Shown piece by piece: positions 8,701-19,337 of a stretch of DNA of 64,000 nt. Positions within the stretch are counted from its first letter, which is position 1; the number at the start of each line of letters is the position of its first letter. The translations under genes and the position numbers were made by a program. Origin of the DNA: a virus; IMG/VR virus record IMGVR_UViG_3300032214_000789, positions 5,327-69,326 of that record; one strand, 5' to 3'. Below the pieces are notes generated by a model, which did no database searches, was not told the DNA's origin, and saw only the letters and a program-made list of their open reading frames with translations.

Positions 8701-10731
8701 TCTTTGATTAACATCTAAATTATCATCAACTTCTACAGTCCCTCCGGTTGAATCTAAAACTAGATTTCCACTTCTGGTGTCAATTTCATTAGTAGCACTT
8801 GCACCTAAACGAATATCATCAATATGAGCTTCAATAAAACGATTTGTTGTTGATCCGATAGAAACTGATGTGCTATCAACTGGAAGTAAAGAATCGGAAA
8901 GTGTAGTTGTTCCTGTAATAGATGCACTTTGGGTGACAGTTAATTGACCAGTTACATCTAAATTATCATCAACTTGTACAGTTCCTGCAGTTGAGTTTAA
9001 AATTAAATTACCATTTCTAGTATTAATTTCATTTGATAAGGTAAAACCAATATTAACGTCATCAATATGAGCTTCACTAAATGCTTTACTTGATGATCCA
9101 ATATATGCACCATTATCTACATCAGGAAGTATGCCAGTATCAAAAGTTGCTATTCCCGATAACGTTGATGATCCGTCAACAATTAATCTAAAATCTACAT
9201 CCAAATCATCTTTAACGTTAACTGTTCCACCAGTTGAATCTAAAACTAAATTTCCACTTCTAGTGTCAATTTGATTAGATGCTGTTGTTCCTATTCTAAC
9301 GTCATCAATATGAGCTTCACTAAATGCTTTACTTGATGATCCAATATAGGCACCTAAATTCTCGTCAGGAAGTAAACCAGTATTAAAGGTTGTTATTCCT
9401 GTTAAAATGGATGATCCCCCAACGGTTAAATTAGTTTCTTCAAAATTTACCGTTCCAGTTGCCGATTTTAATTTCAAATCACCGGAAACTGTATTTAAAG
9501 TATTAGAATCTACATTTAATCTAACATTTCCAGAGTGTAAAACTGCAATAGTTCCAGTCTCACTTACGTCAAGATTTGCAGTATTAACTGAAGTTGAAGT
9601 AGTTATTCCAGTTTCGGAGAATGAAGATTTTAATGTGGTTGTTGTTATAATACCAGAATTAATTCTAGTGATATCATTAGTTCCTAGTGGAGTTGATGAT
9701 ACTATTCTTCTTATATTTAAAGTATCAATTGTTGCATCACCAGTTACTCTTAAGCTTGAAGTTGTAGTAAATCCACTACTCCATATATTATTTGCAGTTA
9801 GCAGTCCAACTGTTGCTATTCCAGATAATGAAATATCATTTGACCATGCAACTCCACCACTTGCTCCAGATCCTTTGGAAATTAAAAACTGTCCCGAAGT
9901 TCCAGAATTAGAATCTATCGAAATGCCCCCAGCACCAGAAAATCTTAATAATCCTGTTGTAGAAATTTCGAATGTTGATGATACAGTAGAAACACCAGTA
10001 AGATTTAAATTTAGTGCTGTTATACCTTTAGTTACTAATCCGTGAATTGTAAATGTTGAAATTCCAGAAATAGTAGCACCAGAAGAAACAACCACATCTC
10101 TAATAGTTGCTATTCCAGTTGCAAGATTTATTTGAGATGGTAATCTTGCATTACTTAATGTGCCAGAAGAAATATTTGTAGCATTTATGTCGATGATTCC
10201 ACCACCAGACCCAGAAAATTGCCCAGCTGTTATAATTCCAGTTGCTTTTATAGAACCGAAAGAATTAATTCCAACACCACCAGATGGAATGATTGCTGGA
10301 TTTACAGTATCTGGATTTTGCCCAATGGTGAGAATATATGGTAAAGATGGATTTGTTGTTCCTATACCAACTGTGCCAGTTGAATATATTCTCTTATATA
10401 TTGCAGTTGGATCAACCTCAGACCATTGTGATGTTGGTATATTACTTAATGTTGACCCGTCACCATAAAACTTAAACGCGCTTACAATACCAGAAGAGGC
10501 ATATAAAGTAATGCTATTACCAACACTTATCTGATTAAACGTTGCTACTCCAGAAACATTTAAACTTCTTGTAGTTACTAAACCGGATATGGAAGCATCG
10601 CCATGTAAATCTAAGGTATATCTTGGAATTGTCGTTCCAATACCAACCAGGCCATTTGCATTTATATAAAAGTTATCCTCGTCAACCTGGACACCATTTC
10701 TAAAGTTAAATGACTTATTATAATTAGGCAT
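5746..10731 (-). CDS. long tail fibre / virion structural protein with ~9 internal ~80-aa repeats
   Basis: Cyanophage fibre-like N-terminus (FNFRNGVQVD...VGIGTT), GIGT repeats, C-terminal GAFIFNKSTKKHQMYDGTAW. Confidence 0.8.
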   Translation of the reverse strand: MPNYNKSFNFRNGVQVDEDNFYINANGLVGIGTTIPRYTLDLHGDASISGLVTTRSLNVSGVATFNQISVGNSITLYASSGIVSAFKFYGDGSTLSNIPTSQWSEVDPTAIYKRIYSTGTVGIGTTNPSLPYILTIGQNPDTVNPAIIPSGGVGINSFGSIKATGIITAGQFSGSGGGIIDINATNISSGTLSNARLPSQINLATGIATIRDVVVSSGATISGISTFTIHGLVTKGITALNLNLTGVSTVSSTFEISTTGLLRFSGAGGISIDSNSGTSGQFLISKGSGASGGVAWSNDISLSGIATVGLLTANNIWSSGFTTTSSLRVTGDATIDTLNIRRIVSSTPLGTNDITRINSGIITTTTLKSSFSETGITTSTSVNTANLDVSETGTIAVLHSGNVRLNVDSNTLNTVSGDLKLKSATGTVNFEETNLTVGGSSILTGITTFNTGLLPDENLGAYIGSSSKAFSEAHIDDVRIGTTASNQIDTRSGNLVLDSTGGTVNVKDDLDVDFRLIVDGSSTLSGIATFDTGILPDVDNGAYIGSSSKAFSEAHIDDVNIGFTLSNEINTRNGNLILNSTAGTVQVDDNLDVTGQLTVTQSASITGTTTLSDSLLPVDSTSVSIGSTTNRFIEAHIDDIRLGASATNEIDTRSGNLVLDSTGGTVEVDDNLDVNQRLNVDGNVYLSGITTVATSLLPNVNDSVAIGSTSKAFSEAHIDELQIGLPSAVGIISTRSGNLSLDSFTRRVTTSQDLSVGRNIEISGIATVTGNLRTGANLIPSTNINSSIGSTSLRFAEAHIDDVRLGFSGDNEIDTRSGNLILDSTGGTVEVDDNLDVNNALNVDGNVYLSGITTVATSLLPNTNANVPLGSSTKTFNSAYIDNIQIGVNGVNEIDTSSGNLILDSTGGTVEVDDNLDVNNALNVDGNVYLSGITTVGNNIVPNSAGASNLGLSGREFGAAYIASLQLGVNANEITTKSGDLNLKSFTNLINLENNVIISNNLRVAGLTTFAQVVTANNGILPTSDLGSFIGSATTAFGNAHIGNVNIASGENNTISTKSGDLKLTSNSNITRVLKKLIVDELSELTGIASVGTGIIPTSDKSGYLGSSSYAFGTAHINNIRIAVASTSTIDTISGDLVLQSNSNYVQVNDNLVVGGGLTVTNNVSAGPLFVNSSNNRIGVGTLSPETNFDVVSSDDNVSVLIKTSSVNNFPTFTLTSGTSSANIIFNELQDRTLKIRNQTPGPIVYQLHSGAAGVGTGNHTWKYKDTDLMSLTYGGKLGIGRTNPLETFEVVGTSTVTSNSFVGGDLKVAGDVTIDGDLIVDFGTNLNLNVGIVTASRIISISSITSANTFVNDVLYVNNLSNRTVGNGITFNSPVRFNSNTNNYSNINVNSGYNLNVYDSGNIVVSSNVQGASIGTASTISTNFVSSNSFYGNLFDGTHLIVDSAQVGIITVTNLDVTGVSTVSFYDLTANSLSIDSNTGVFIGQPVTEDGVENFVGIGTTQKIGGVSLYSSGTVLSPKFVAGITTITQNTNIATAAVAILSGDLLLDDGNIVINNGGNISIGNSSPSTEICSINDSYGKTIIGIGTTSAKAVIDFSGAGSGISTVVTPVGLGSQMKFMIPPSITSSERVGLATVEGAFIFNKSTKKHQMYDGTAWHDMY
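7925..8790. repeat. near-identical ~115-bp direct repeats within fibre repeat units
   Basis: gttgtaataccacttaaataaacattaccatctacatttaaagcattattaacatctaaattatcatcaacttc... occurs near 7928 and 8171 (243 nt apart), with a more diverged copy near 8660. Confidence 0.85.
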
Positions 10732-10746
10732 TTCTAGACTTTTTAG

Positions 10747-13700
10747 TTATTTATCCAATAGAGACTGTAATCTTTCAACCTTATCATTAAGTTCTTTAAT
10801 TGCTTCTATAAGTAGAGGAACAATTTTTTCATACTTAACAAGAAGAACATTTTCACCATTCAATTCTCTTTCAATAACTGCTTCTGGAAGTACTTTTTGA
10901 ACTTCTTGAGCAGAAACACCCACGCAGATTTGTGAGTTATCATATCCAAGAGAAACTGCCTTTTCATTCCAAGTATAAGTAAATCCACTTAATGAAAGAA
11001 CTTTATCTAAAGCATTATTTAATTTTTCTTTATTTTCTTTTAGTCTATCATCTGATGAAGATCCATAGAATGCAATAATATCTCCAGCAACTCTTAATTC
11101 TGGAGTAGCACCATTAACGAATGTTAAGTTTGCGCTAGTTGTTGTAATATCAGTACCAGTATTAAATGGTATGCAGTTAGCAGCACCGACAAAATTAGTT
11201 GCTTTAGATGCAAGACTACAAGTTCCTTGAACTCCACCATTTGCTCTAATCAATCCAGTAAATGTAGCATTACCAGTAAATGCAGAAGTTCCAGTGACTG
11301 ATAAAGATCCACCAAATGAAGCATTTGCAGAGGCATTAAGATTTCCAGCTTCTATACCAACACCACCATAAACAACTAATGATCCACTTGTAGTGCTAGT
11401 TGATGGTGTTTTTATAGATCCTGATCCAATTGTTACGTGTGTTGTGGAACTATTTTGACCAGTTACTGTGAGATTGCGAGTAGTAGTTGTCGTTTTACAT
11501 TCTAAAGTTCCTTGAGTGACTGTGTTACCTTCAGTACTTTCAATTTTGAATTTTTCAATACCAGTATTATTTCTTACTATGAAGGTTTTATCTAATCCCC
11601 TTAAAGTAACATTATCTATAAATGTCGTTATTCCTAATTGCATAGGAGCATCGAGTACAACTGCACCACCATTAGCAGAAAGAGTTAAGTTATTTCCAGC
11701 TTTAGTTGTAATTGTAGAACCATTAATAATTATATTATCAATATACGCAGCAGAAAAAACTATATCACTTTCTCCAAGAGAAACTCCAGCATTAGTTACT
11801 GGACGAATATTTCCGCCAAGATTTAATGTAGATGCAAAAGTTGATATTCCAGCAGATCTAAAATGTCTACCGACAGTTAAATCTGCACTTACTTGTACCA
11901 GTCCTCCGCCAGTATCTGTATCACTAGGAGATCCGGAAAGAACTAATGGTTGTTCAGATCCAGCATCTAAAACTGTATATATTCTATTAACATCAATAAC
12001 TACTTCATCAATATAAGCAGCAGAAAATCCAAATTCATCAGTTCCTAAAGAAGCACCTTCATTTGTTACTGGATGTAAATCTTTTGTAAAAAATACAGTT
12101 TCAGAAAATGTTGTATTATTTGCAAAAGTAGAAATTCCTACGACTCTGAAATTTCTTCCAACATTAAGATCATTTACAGTTGCAACTTGACCATTTAAAC
12201 CATCTAATTTTAAGTTATTGGTTACTGTTGAAATTAAATTATCATCATCATCTGCAGAACCATCAGTTCCATAGGCAATTTGAATATTTCCAATATGAGC
12301 ATCTGCAAAAGGTAATGTTGGAGTTCCTACGTAGGCACCTCTTGCCTCATCTGGAGCAATTCCAACATTGAAAGTAGAAACATCATTAAACTCTGATGTT
12401 TTTTCAACCGTTAATGTTTCTTTAGCAACTAATATTGATTCAATATTGACATTTGTGTCGGCACGTTGTCCCCTTAATGATAAATCACCAGAACCAACTG
12501 TTATGCCATTATTATTGTAATCATCAGTAGATAATTTGAGACCTCCTATCCATGCCTGACCAAATTTTAAGTCAGAAGTTCCTAAAGAACCAACGGTATC
12601 TTGAGCAGGAACTAAATCCCCAGCAACAGTAGTTAATCCTGTGAAATAAGATTGACCCTCAACTACTAAACTAGATTTAATAATTGTATGTGCCTGTATT
12701 GTTACTAAATCGTCAAAAGAATCTAAAAATAATGTACCAGTTCTAGTTGATATTGTTTGTCCTAAACCAACACCAACACCAGCACCACCAATTTTAATAT
12801 TACCAATCCATGCTTCACTAAAACGTTTAGCTTCTGTTCCTATTCCACATCCTAATTGCGTAGTTGGAAATATTCCTTTTGAAACTGATGTAATTCCTGC
12901 GAGGATTGCATCAGCACCAACATTTAAATTATTATTAACAGATAAATTGTCATCAATTTCTACGGTTCCTTCAAAGGAATCTAAATATAATCTTCCAGAT
13001 ACAGTTTTGATAGTTCTATCATTTTGGTCACTATCTGTTCCTGTAGCAATTCCAATTTCGCCAATCCATGCTTCCATGAATGGTAATGATGCAGTTCCCA
13101 AATAAGCACCTTCGTCCTGATGAGGAACTAATCCAGTCGCAACTGTAGTAAGACCAGCCAAATAAGTTCTACCATCAACATTAAGTGTTTCATTAACATC
13201 TAAATTGTCATCAACTATAACAGTTCCAGAAGCAGAATCTAATGTGAGTGGATTGAATCTAGTATCAATTTCCGCATCTCCACTAAATCCTATTCTAATA
13301 TTATCAATATGTGCTTCATTAAATCTCCTGTCTGTAGATCCAATTCCACATACATTAGTCGCAGATGGAAGAATTCCATTAGTTACAGTTACGATACCAG
13401 TAAATATTGAACTTTTATCAACAGTTAATTTTGTTTTAATTGTAGTTTGATCATTTGCCGAATTTAATGTCAATTCGCCTGATGCAGTATCAATTGTATT
13501 ACTATCACTATGTCCTATTTGAATTTCATCAATATATGCCGCAGAAAACTTTCTAGTTGTATTGCCTATTGTAGAATTGCTTGTTGTTGTTTCTGTATGA
13601 GGAAGAATATTATTTTCAAACACAGAAGCGCCACTAAATGTTGTACCTTCAAAAACCTTTAAAGATCCAGAAATTTCTACCGAATCATTAATATCAACAA

Positions 13701-16700
13701 ATCCTGCTGCAGAATCTAGGAATAATCTTCCAGTTCTTGTATTAATTTTTGATGTTTGTCCAACACCAAGATTTATTTCCGCAATATGAGCTTCGGTAAA
13801 TGAAGTTGTTGCCGTTCCAAGATAAGCTTCTTCATTAGAATCTGGAATAATTCCAGTATCAATTTGCAGTCTTCCTTGTAATTGGGTATTTCCTCTGACT
13901 AATAAAGTTTCACCAACTTGTAAATTATCTGTAATTGATGTTATACCAGAAGAAGAATTTAAAATAAGATTTCCAGTTAATCCTCTAATAGTTCTATCTT
14001 GATCTTCAGTTCCTCCAGGAACACCTTCAGTTGCAATTCCAACACCTGCAATCCAAGCAGATGCCCATGGTTTATCTGGTTGACCAATATAAGCACTTTC
14101 TACTGTTTCTGGAATTAGACCAGAATTAAATGTAACGGGACCTTCAAATACAGTATTTCCATAAACTCTAAAGTCTTGTCCTACATTTAAATTCTTAAGA
14201 ATTCCAACACCACCTCTAACTACAAGTGCTCCATTATTAATTGCAGTTGATTGTTCAAGATTATTAAACTTAACTAAACCAGAAGTTACTAATAGTGCAT
14301 TAATCTTAATTTGCTCACTATTAAAGATTACATTTTCACTAAAGTTGACTGGACCATCAAATTGTGATAGAATTTGTTTAGATTTACCACCTTCAACAAC
14401 TATACGCTCTCTAATAATAATTTCATCAAATAGTGCGCTTAATCGTGTTGGATCTTGACCAGTAACTGTTGCAACTGGAATATCAAAACTTTGTTCTTCA
14501 CCAGATTGTGCAGAATATTTTGTATTACCAATAAAGAAGTCACCATCACTGTTCATTCCAGTGTAAAGAGCTGATCCTCCAGATCTTTCCTGGGACTGTG
14601 CAAGAAAATCTTCTCTTTCTGTTAAGGTTTTAACTTGAATTTGTGGAAGACCAGTCGAATAGTTACCGGGACCATATCCAAGATATTCAAAAGTATGTCC
14701 AGATGCTCTTAAAATAGATGGTCTGCGAAGTTCAATAGGAATTGGTCTTATCTTCTTAATTATTGCTCCAGTGCTATGATTATCTTTTGTAGTACCAAAA
14801 TATCCTCTAATAGCAGTAATTTTGTTATTTGCAGATCCACTTAAAGAACTACTGGAAATTCTCATGATCTCACTATTGATCATGACATAACTACCAAGAT
14901 CAAATCTAGTAGTAGTAGAAATTCCAGCATTTGGAATAGAAATTGCAAAAGTTGCCGTTCCAGAGGAGTCGGTAGCACTTATATTTTCATCAAGAATTGC
15001 ATATTCTTTGTCATAGAAATGATGCCCTCTAGATCCTATATTCTCGTTCGCAGCATTTGATATAATATCATTTGAATTGATACCATATTTCAGAATTCTA
15101 ACTGCATTATCAAGACTTCTATTTGTTAATGCAGTAAATGTATTAACACCAACAACTTCCCTAACAATATAATCGCCAAGATTATTAGAAGCAGAGAAAC
15201 TATCAGCAACAACTTTAAATTTGTTACCAACAACTAATCCATGTCCAAGACCAAATGTGAATGTAGTAATTCCAGTTACTGAAGAATATTGTGTAGAAGA
15301 TGTTATTGTTGAAGGACCAACTTGTACTGCATATTGCCCTGGTACAATTGTTGGATCTCCTGCAGTTTTAGCTACTGCAATTTGGGTTGAAGACAGTACG
15401 CTCTGAATTCTTAATAAACTATCAGATGCTGTTCCAATACCACTAAATTGAATAACATTATTAACTGGAGTAGTTATTACTGCAGATGATAATGTAATTG
15501 TGGATGGACTGAATCCTTCTACTCTTAAAGTTTGACCAGAAATATATCCACAACCACTATCTGTAATTTGTAAACTTGTTATTGCCCCACCAGAAATAAC
15601 TACGGTTGCTGTTGCACCATTCCAAGTATTGTCAGTATTAAGAAGTCTAACATTATAATAAGTCCCATTTGTAAGACCAGACGCAGAACTTAAAGCAGAG
15701 TATCCAACAATACCACCAAGACCGTGCTCTCTAGTAAAAGTTATGTTAGAAATTCCACTAACTGGTGTTGTTGCGGAAGAAACAATCATTCCTTCCCCAA
15801 AACTTGTAATTAAAGTATCTAATGCTTCTCTTGTAAGACTCTTTTTAAGATCATTAGTTACAACATCACCTAATGGAGATGATTTTGCAAAAGAGAAAGT
15901 TGATTGTGGATTATCGTCTACATTATCTCTATCTTGCTGTGGATATAAATCAACAACACTTTGACTATACTTATAAGATGTAAAGTGATTTGGAACTTGA
16001 AGATCAGCTTTTAAAACGTAAGCATGATAGACACCATCTTGTGCATTAAAAATGTAAGGGCTGATTGTTTCAACTCTATAAACATAAAGGTTAGACTGTA
16101 AATCATTCCTTTCAATTCTTGGCCAATCTCTTGTTTTTTCTGTTGGTGCAGTAAATATACCAACATTATGTTCTATACCAAAAATATCAGTGGTTGAATA
16201 TGTAAAGTTTTTATGATCAACTACTGATGCTACTTTAAAATCACCATTATATCCTTTGTTATCTAAACCTGTCGTATTAGTGCTAGATCTTACATTTTTA
16301 ATTAAAATTCTATCGCCAACGTTTAATTTATGTGGTTTTTCAGTTCTTACCGAAACAATTTTACTAGATTCTGAACATACGCTAATAAATCTGTAATTTC
16401 TCTTATAATCAAAATTATTTAAACCAATAGAAGGTAAAGTAAATTCTGAAGTTTCAACTACTCCTGTTTTGTTGGTTTCTTGAATTACAAATCCTTCCGA
16501 TGGAGCTTTGGCATTCGGTGCTTCTTTTGGAATAACTATTCTAACTTTGTAGAGTCTTTCATCAAGACTTCTACTGTCAGGTATTCTGGAAACATATGTT
16601 GCTTCTGTTCTTGGTTCATTATCAAACCCTGCTGTACCAAGACTTACGACATTTGGGTAAATTGTATTAGTTGGATCTAGATGAATAAACCAGTTTGAAT

Positions 16701-18966
16701 TATTTGGGTCATATTGAATTGGCGATCCAAGGTCTCCACTATCCTTATCAATTACTCTACTTATAACTTTAAGATTTGCGCCACCACTGACATTAATTGC
16801 AACACCATTAATAGCATTTGTAAGTGAAGTTGCTACTTTTAATTCTGATGTTTGAAATCCAGCACCTCTTATTGCATAATAAATAACTCCCTGTTGAATA
16901 TTATCGGGAAGTTCTCCAGTATCACTAACAAAAACTATTTTTTCTCCAGTTTGTAGTTTATGTATTGTTGATGTATATAAAGTATCATATTTTGGAGCAA
17001 CTGCATATGTTGATATACTATATTCTTTTTGATAACTATTAAATCCATCAATCCAAGATGAACCAGCACTAATTACGTTATCGGACATTAAAATTGTCCC
17101 ACTCGTAACAGTTTGTTCTACACCTGGAAGAGTGAGATAAAGTTTTTCATTTTTTCTTGCACCAATCTTTGCACCAGAAACAACAGAAGGGGGAATATTG
17201 TCTAAAGTTCTAAATCCAAAAAGATAAAGATGACTTGATATTCCAACATTACTTGTTAAATTAATGTCAATTGTCATCCAATCAGTTGTTTGCTCTGATG
17301 CAACAACTGCTTTAGGAGTTATGATTGAAGTAATGTATCCAAAATTATCTTTTGTAAATGCTTCTTTCTTAAATCCGTCAGCTAATAGTGAAAATTGTCC
17401 AAAGTTTGAGTTAGAGTTGGTAATAGATTGGTCACCACCAGAAAATGCTACGAAATGACTATTGAATCCAATTGCGAAAACTGAAACAACCTGAATAATT
17501 GCATCATTAGAACATTTAATGTGGGAAGTTTCCCAACCTTGTCTATAAACTGCATCGGCATCTAAGTGATAAACTGTAGCACTATTTGTTGATGCAGACT
17601 CTGAAGATAACTTACTTCCAGTAGATCTAGTAATTGGTATTCCTAGATAAGTTTTACTAAATGAATCATATTTTACAAAAGCACGGTCGTCTTTTTGGAG
17701 TGAAATTGCAGTAAACTGTGCAACAACCATCGAACGGAAACCAGATGCTTTTGCACCATCTGTATGCATTCCATTCAATCCCCAGACAGAACGCAAAGAA
17801 CAGTTAAAGATGTATGGAGAAGCACCTTTAACTGTATCAGTATCAATAACAACGTTTGCTGCGCCGCCAGGATCTGCAGGAAGATCGTTTCTAACAGATT
17901 GTAATAAGTACGTAAAAGTTGTTGGAGTTGGAACCGATTGTACTACAGTTGAAATATTATAATCAAAAACATTAACTCCTCTAATTTTAATAGGAGTGTC
18001 TACAGTAAGACCATGTGGAGTTGTTGTTGTTACATTTACTATTGCGTTTGGTGTTGCTCTATCTCCAGAATAAATGTCCGAAATTAGAACAGGATCTGTT
18101 CCAAAAGCTCCTACAATTTCCCATTCGCTCCTTACTTTAGAAAATCCTTCAGGTAATAGAGGAAACTTTTGAGCGGATGGAACTTCTCTTCCAGATCCTT
18201 CATTAAATGCATTTGAAAGCTTTGCATAAAAAATATCTAAATCTGTTAAATCATAACCAGATGGGATATTTACACCATCACAATATTCGAAGCATGTTAA
18301 TTTGTGGTGAGAAAATGTTGGAATTGCTTGATTTCCAGAATTAATATTAAATACTTTATCATCAGTATAGACTGTTTCTACCGAATTAGCATCAAAAAAA
18401 CTAAAGTTCCAGAAAAAACAGTTACCAGTTACTCTAAAAATAGCAGAACTTGGTACATTTTCATCAGTTGGATTTGGAACATATTTTGGTCTTATTTTTG
18501 TTTTTCTTAAATCTAATCCAATAATTGAAGTTCCTCTTGGTAGAATTACTCCACCATTAACGCTATTAAATTTATAAAGAATATTATCTTCTTGTGTTAA
18601 ATCGAAATTACTTTGTAAACTTAAATTAAAAACATCAGAAGCTGGAGTTCTTACAACTCCAGATGGAGATATCGCTTCAGCCAAAGCAACACCAGCTTTA
18701 CGAATTCCCCAACCTGGTCTATTATCAATTATATGATCTCCAGGAAAAACAAGAATGGTTGTTCTATCGTTTCTATCGTTGTTTTCTCCAGGTATAAATG
18801 AAAATCTAGCAGACTCTATAACCGCTCTTTGAATTGTTTTGAATGGTTTTGCTAAAGAATTACCCTGGTTGGTAATGCTGTCAGTTGCATCTAAATCGTT
18901 TGAATTAACATATAGAATTCTACCTTCATAGTTCTTGATAAAATTCTCTAGCTTATTAAGAGGCAT
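10747..18966 (-). CDS. giant tail fibre protein with ~10 internal repeats and C-terminal S74 intramolecular chaperone
   Basis: MPLNKLENFIKN...PFKTIQRA cyanophage fibre N-terminus; C-terminal SDDRLKEN...GVSAQEV...YEKIVPLLIEAIKEL. Confidence 0.85.
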   Translation of the reverse strand: MPLNKLENFIKNYEGRILYVNSNDLDATDSITNQGNSLAKPFKTIQRAVIESARFSFIPGENNDRNDRTTILVFPGDHIIDNRPGWGIRKAGVALAEAISPSGVVRTPASDVFNLSLQSNFDLTQEDNILYKFNSVNGGVILPRGTSIIGLDLRKTKIRPKYVPNPTDENVPSSAIFRVTGNCFFWNFSFFDANSVETVYTDDKVFNINSGNQAIPTFSHHKLTCFEYCDGVNIPSGYDLTDLDIFYAKLSNAFNEGSGREVPSAQKFPLLPEGFSKVRSEWEIVGAFGTDPVLISDIYSGDRATPNAIVNVTTTTPHGLTVDTPIKIRGVNVFDYNISTVVQSVPTPTTFTYLLQSVRNDLPADPGGAANVVIDTDTVKGASPYIFNCSLRSVWGLNGMHTDGAKASGFRSMVVAQFTAISLQKDDRAFVKYDSFSKTYLGIPITRSTGSKLSSESASTNSATVYHLDADAVYRQGWETSHIKCSNDAIIQVVSVFAIGFNSHFVAFSGGDQSITNSNSNFGQFSLLADGFKKEAFTKDNFGYITSIITPKAVVASEQTTDWMTIDINLTSNVGISSHLYLFGFRTLDNIPPSVVSGAKIGARKNEKLYLTLPGVEQTVTSGTILMSDNVISAGSSWIDGFNSYQKEYSISTYAVAPKYDTLYTSTIHKLQTGEKIVFVSDTGELPDNIQQGVIYYAIRGAGFQTSELKVATSLTNAINGVAINVSGGANLKVISRVIDKDSGDLGSPIQYDPNNSNWFIHLDPTNTIYPNVVSLGTAGFDNEPRTEATYVSRIPDSRSLDERLYKVRIVIPKEAPNAKAPSEGFVIQETNKTGVVETSEFTLPSIGLNNFDYKRNYRFISVCSESSKIVSVRTEKPHKLNVGDRILIKNVRSSTNTTGLDNKGYNGDFKVASVVDHKNFTYSTTDIFGIEHNVGIFTAPTEKTRDWPRIERNDLQSNLYVYRVETISPYIFNAQDGVYHAYVLKADLQVPNHFTSYKYSQSVVDLYPQQDRDNVDDNPQSTFSFAKSSPLGDVVTNDLKKSLTREALDTLITSFGEGMIVSSATTPVSGISNITFTREHGLGGIVGYSALSSASGLTNGTYYNVRLLNTDNTWNGATATVVISGGAITSLQITDSGCGYISGQTLRVEGFSPSTITLSSAVITTPVNNVIQFSGIGTASDSLLRIQSVLSSTQIAVAKTAGDPTIVPGQYAVQVGPSTITSSTQYSSVTGITTFTFGLGHGLVVGNKFKVVADSFSASNNLGDYIVREVVGVNTFTALTNRSLDNAVRILKYGINSNDIISNAANENIGSRGHHFYDKEYAILDENISATDSSGTATFAISIPNAGISTTTRFDLGSYVMINSEIMRISSSSLSGSANNKITAIRGYFGTTKDNHSTGAIIKKIRPIPIELRRPSILRASGHTFEYLGYGPGNYSTGLPQIQVKTLTEREDFLAQSQERSGGSALYTGMNSDGDFFIGNTKYSAQSGEEQSFDIPVATVTGQDPTRLSALFDEIIIRERIVVEGGKSKQILSQFDGPVNFSENVIFNSEQIKINALLVTSGLVKFNNLEQSTAINNGALVVRGGVGILKNLNVGQDFRVYGNTVFEGPVTFNSGLIPETVESAYIGQPDKPWASAWIAGVGIATEGVPGGTEDQDRTIRGLTGNLILNSSSGITSITDNLQVGETLLVRGNTQLQGRLQIDTGIIPDSNEEAYLGTATTSFTEAHIAEINLGVGQTSKINTRTGRLFLDSAAGFVDINDSVEISGSLKVFEGTTFSGASVFENNILPHTETTTSNSTIGNTTRKFSAAYIDEIQIGHSDSNTIDTASGELTLNSANDQTTIKTKLTVDKSSIFTGIVTVTNGILPSATNVCGIGSTDRRFNEAHIDNIRIGFSGDAEIDTRFNPLTLDSASGTVIVDDNLDVNETLNVDGRTYLAGLTTVATGLVPHQDEGAYLGTASLPFMEAWIGEIGIATGTDSDQNDRTIKTVSGRLYLDSFEGTVEIDDNLSVNNNLNVGADAILAGITSVSKGIFPTTQLGCGIGTEAKRFSEAWIGNIKIGGAGVGVGLGQTISTRTGTLFLDSFDDLVTIQAHTIIKSSLVVEGQSYFTGLTTVAGDLVPAQDTVGSLGTSDLKFGQAWIGGLKLSTDDYNNNGITVGSGDLSLRGQRADTNVNIESILVAKETLTVEKTSEFNDVSTFNVGIAPDEARGAYVGTPTLPFADAHIGNIQIAYGTDGSADDDDNLISTVTNNLKLDGLNGQVATVNDLNVGRNFRVVGISTFANNTTFSETVFFTKDLHPVTNEGASLGTDEFGFSAAYIDEVVIDVNRIYTVLDAGSEQPLVLSGSPSDTDTGGGLVQVSADLTVGRHFRSAGISTFASTLNLGGNIRPVTNAGVSLGESDIVFSAAYIDNIIINGSTITTKAGNNLTLSANGGAVVLDAPMQLGITTFIDNVTLRGLDKTFIVRNNTGIEKFKIESTEGNTVTQGTLECKTTTTTRNLTVTGQNSSTTHVTIGSGSIKTPSTSTTSGSLVVYGGVGIEAGNLNASANASFGGSLSVTGTSAFTGNATFTGLIRANGGVQGTCSLASKATNFVGAANCIPFNTGTDITTTSANLTFVNGATPELRVAGDIIAFYGSSSDDRLKENKEKLNNALDKVLSLSGFTYTWNEKAVSLGYDNSQICVGVSAQEVQKVLPEAVIERELNGENVLLVKYEKIVPLLIEAIKELNDKVERLQSLLDK

Positions 18967-18998
18967 CGGAGTATATGAACCAATATATTTCTATGTTT

Positions 18999-19005
18999 TA
19001 TTTAG
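18999..19005 (-). promoter_or_regulatory. T4-like late promoter (CTAAATA) for the fibre genes
   Basis: CTAAATA ~30 nt upstream of ATG 18966. Confidence 0.6.
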
Positions 19006-19307
19006 TTCAGTAAATCTTCTTCATCAAAAATATAATAATCTTCATCTGGCATATCTTCAGGGTTCTCTAACTCAATTGGAAATAAACAAGGATGTACTTG
19101 TTCGTCTATAAGATAGAAAGAACTTTTATATAAATCCTCTGGTTCAAATGTACGATTCTTATCTGCTTCTCTACAAAGATCTTGATCGTATAAATGACCG
19201 TCAGGCATTTCATCAAACGTAAAAGGAACGTGATTAATAAAATACATCTTCACGATCATACTGCCATTATTGTACCAGCAGTATGCGTGATCAATACGAT
19301 AAGACAT
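19002..19307 (-). CDS. conserved cyanophage hypothetical protein
   Basis: ORF track; YCWY...MYFINHVPFTFDE; acidic tail. Confidence 0.75.
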   Translation of the reverse strand: MSYRIDHAYCWYNNGSMIVKMYFINHVPFTFDEMPDGHLYDQDLCREADKNRTFEPEDLYKSSFYLIDEQVHPCLFPIELENPEDMPDEDYYIFDEEDLLN

Positions 19308-19337
19308 AGGGTTTTCCCATATCTTATATTTATTTTA

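Noticed and set aside
5746-18966. Diversity-generating retroelement acting on the fibre repeats
   Set aside because: No reverse transcriptase in the window; the repeats are in-frame coding units with no evident adenine-specific mismatch pattern
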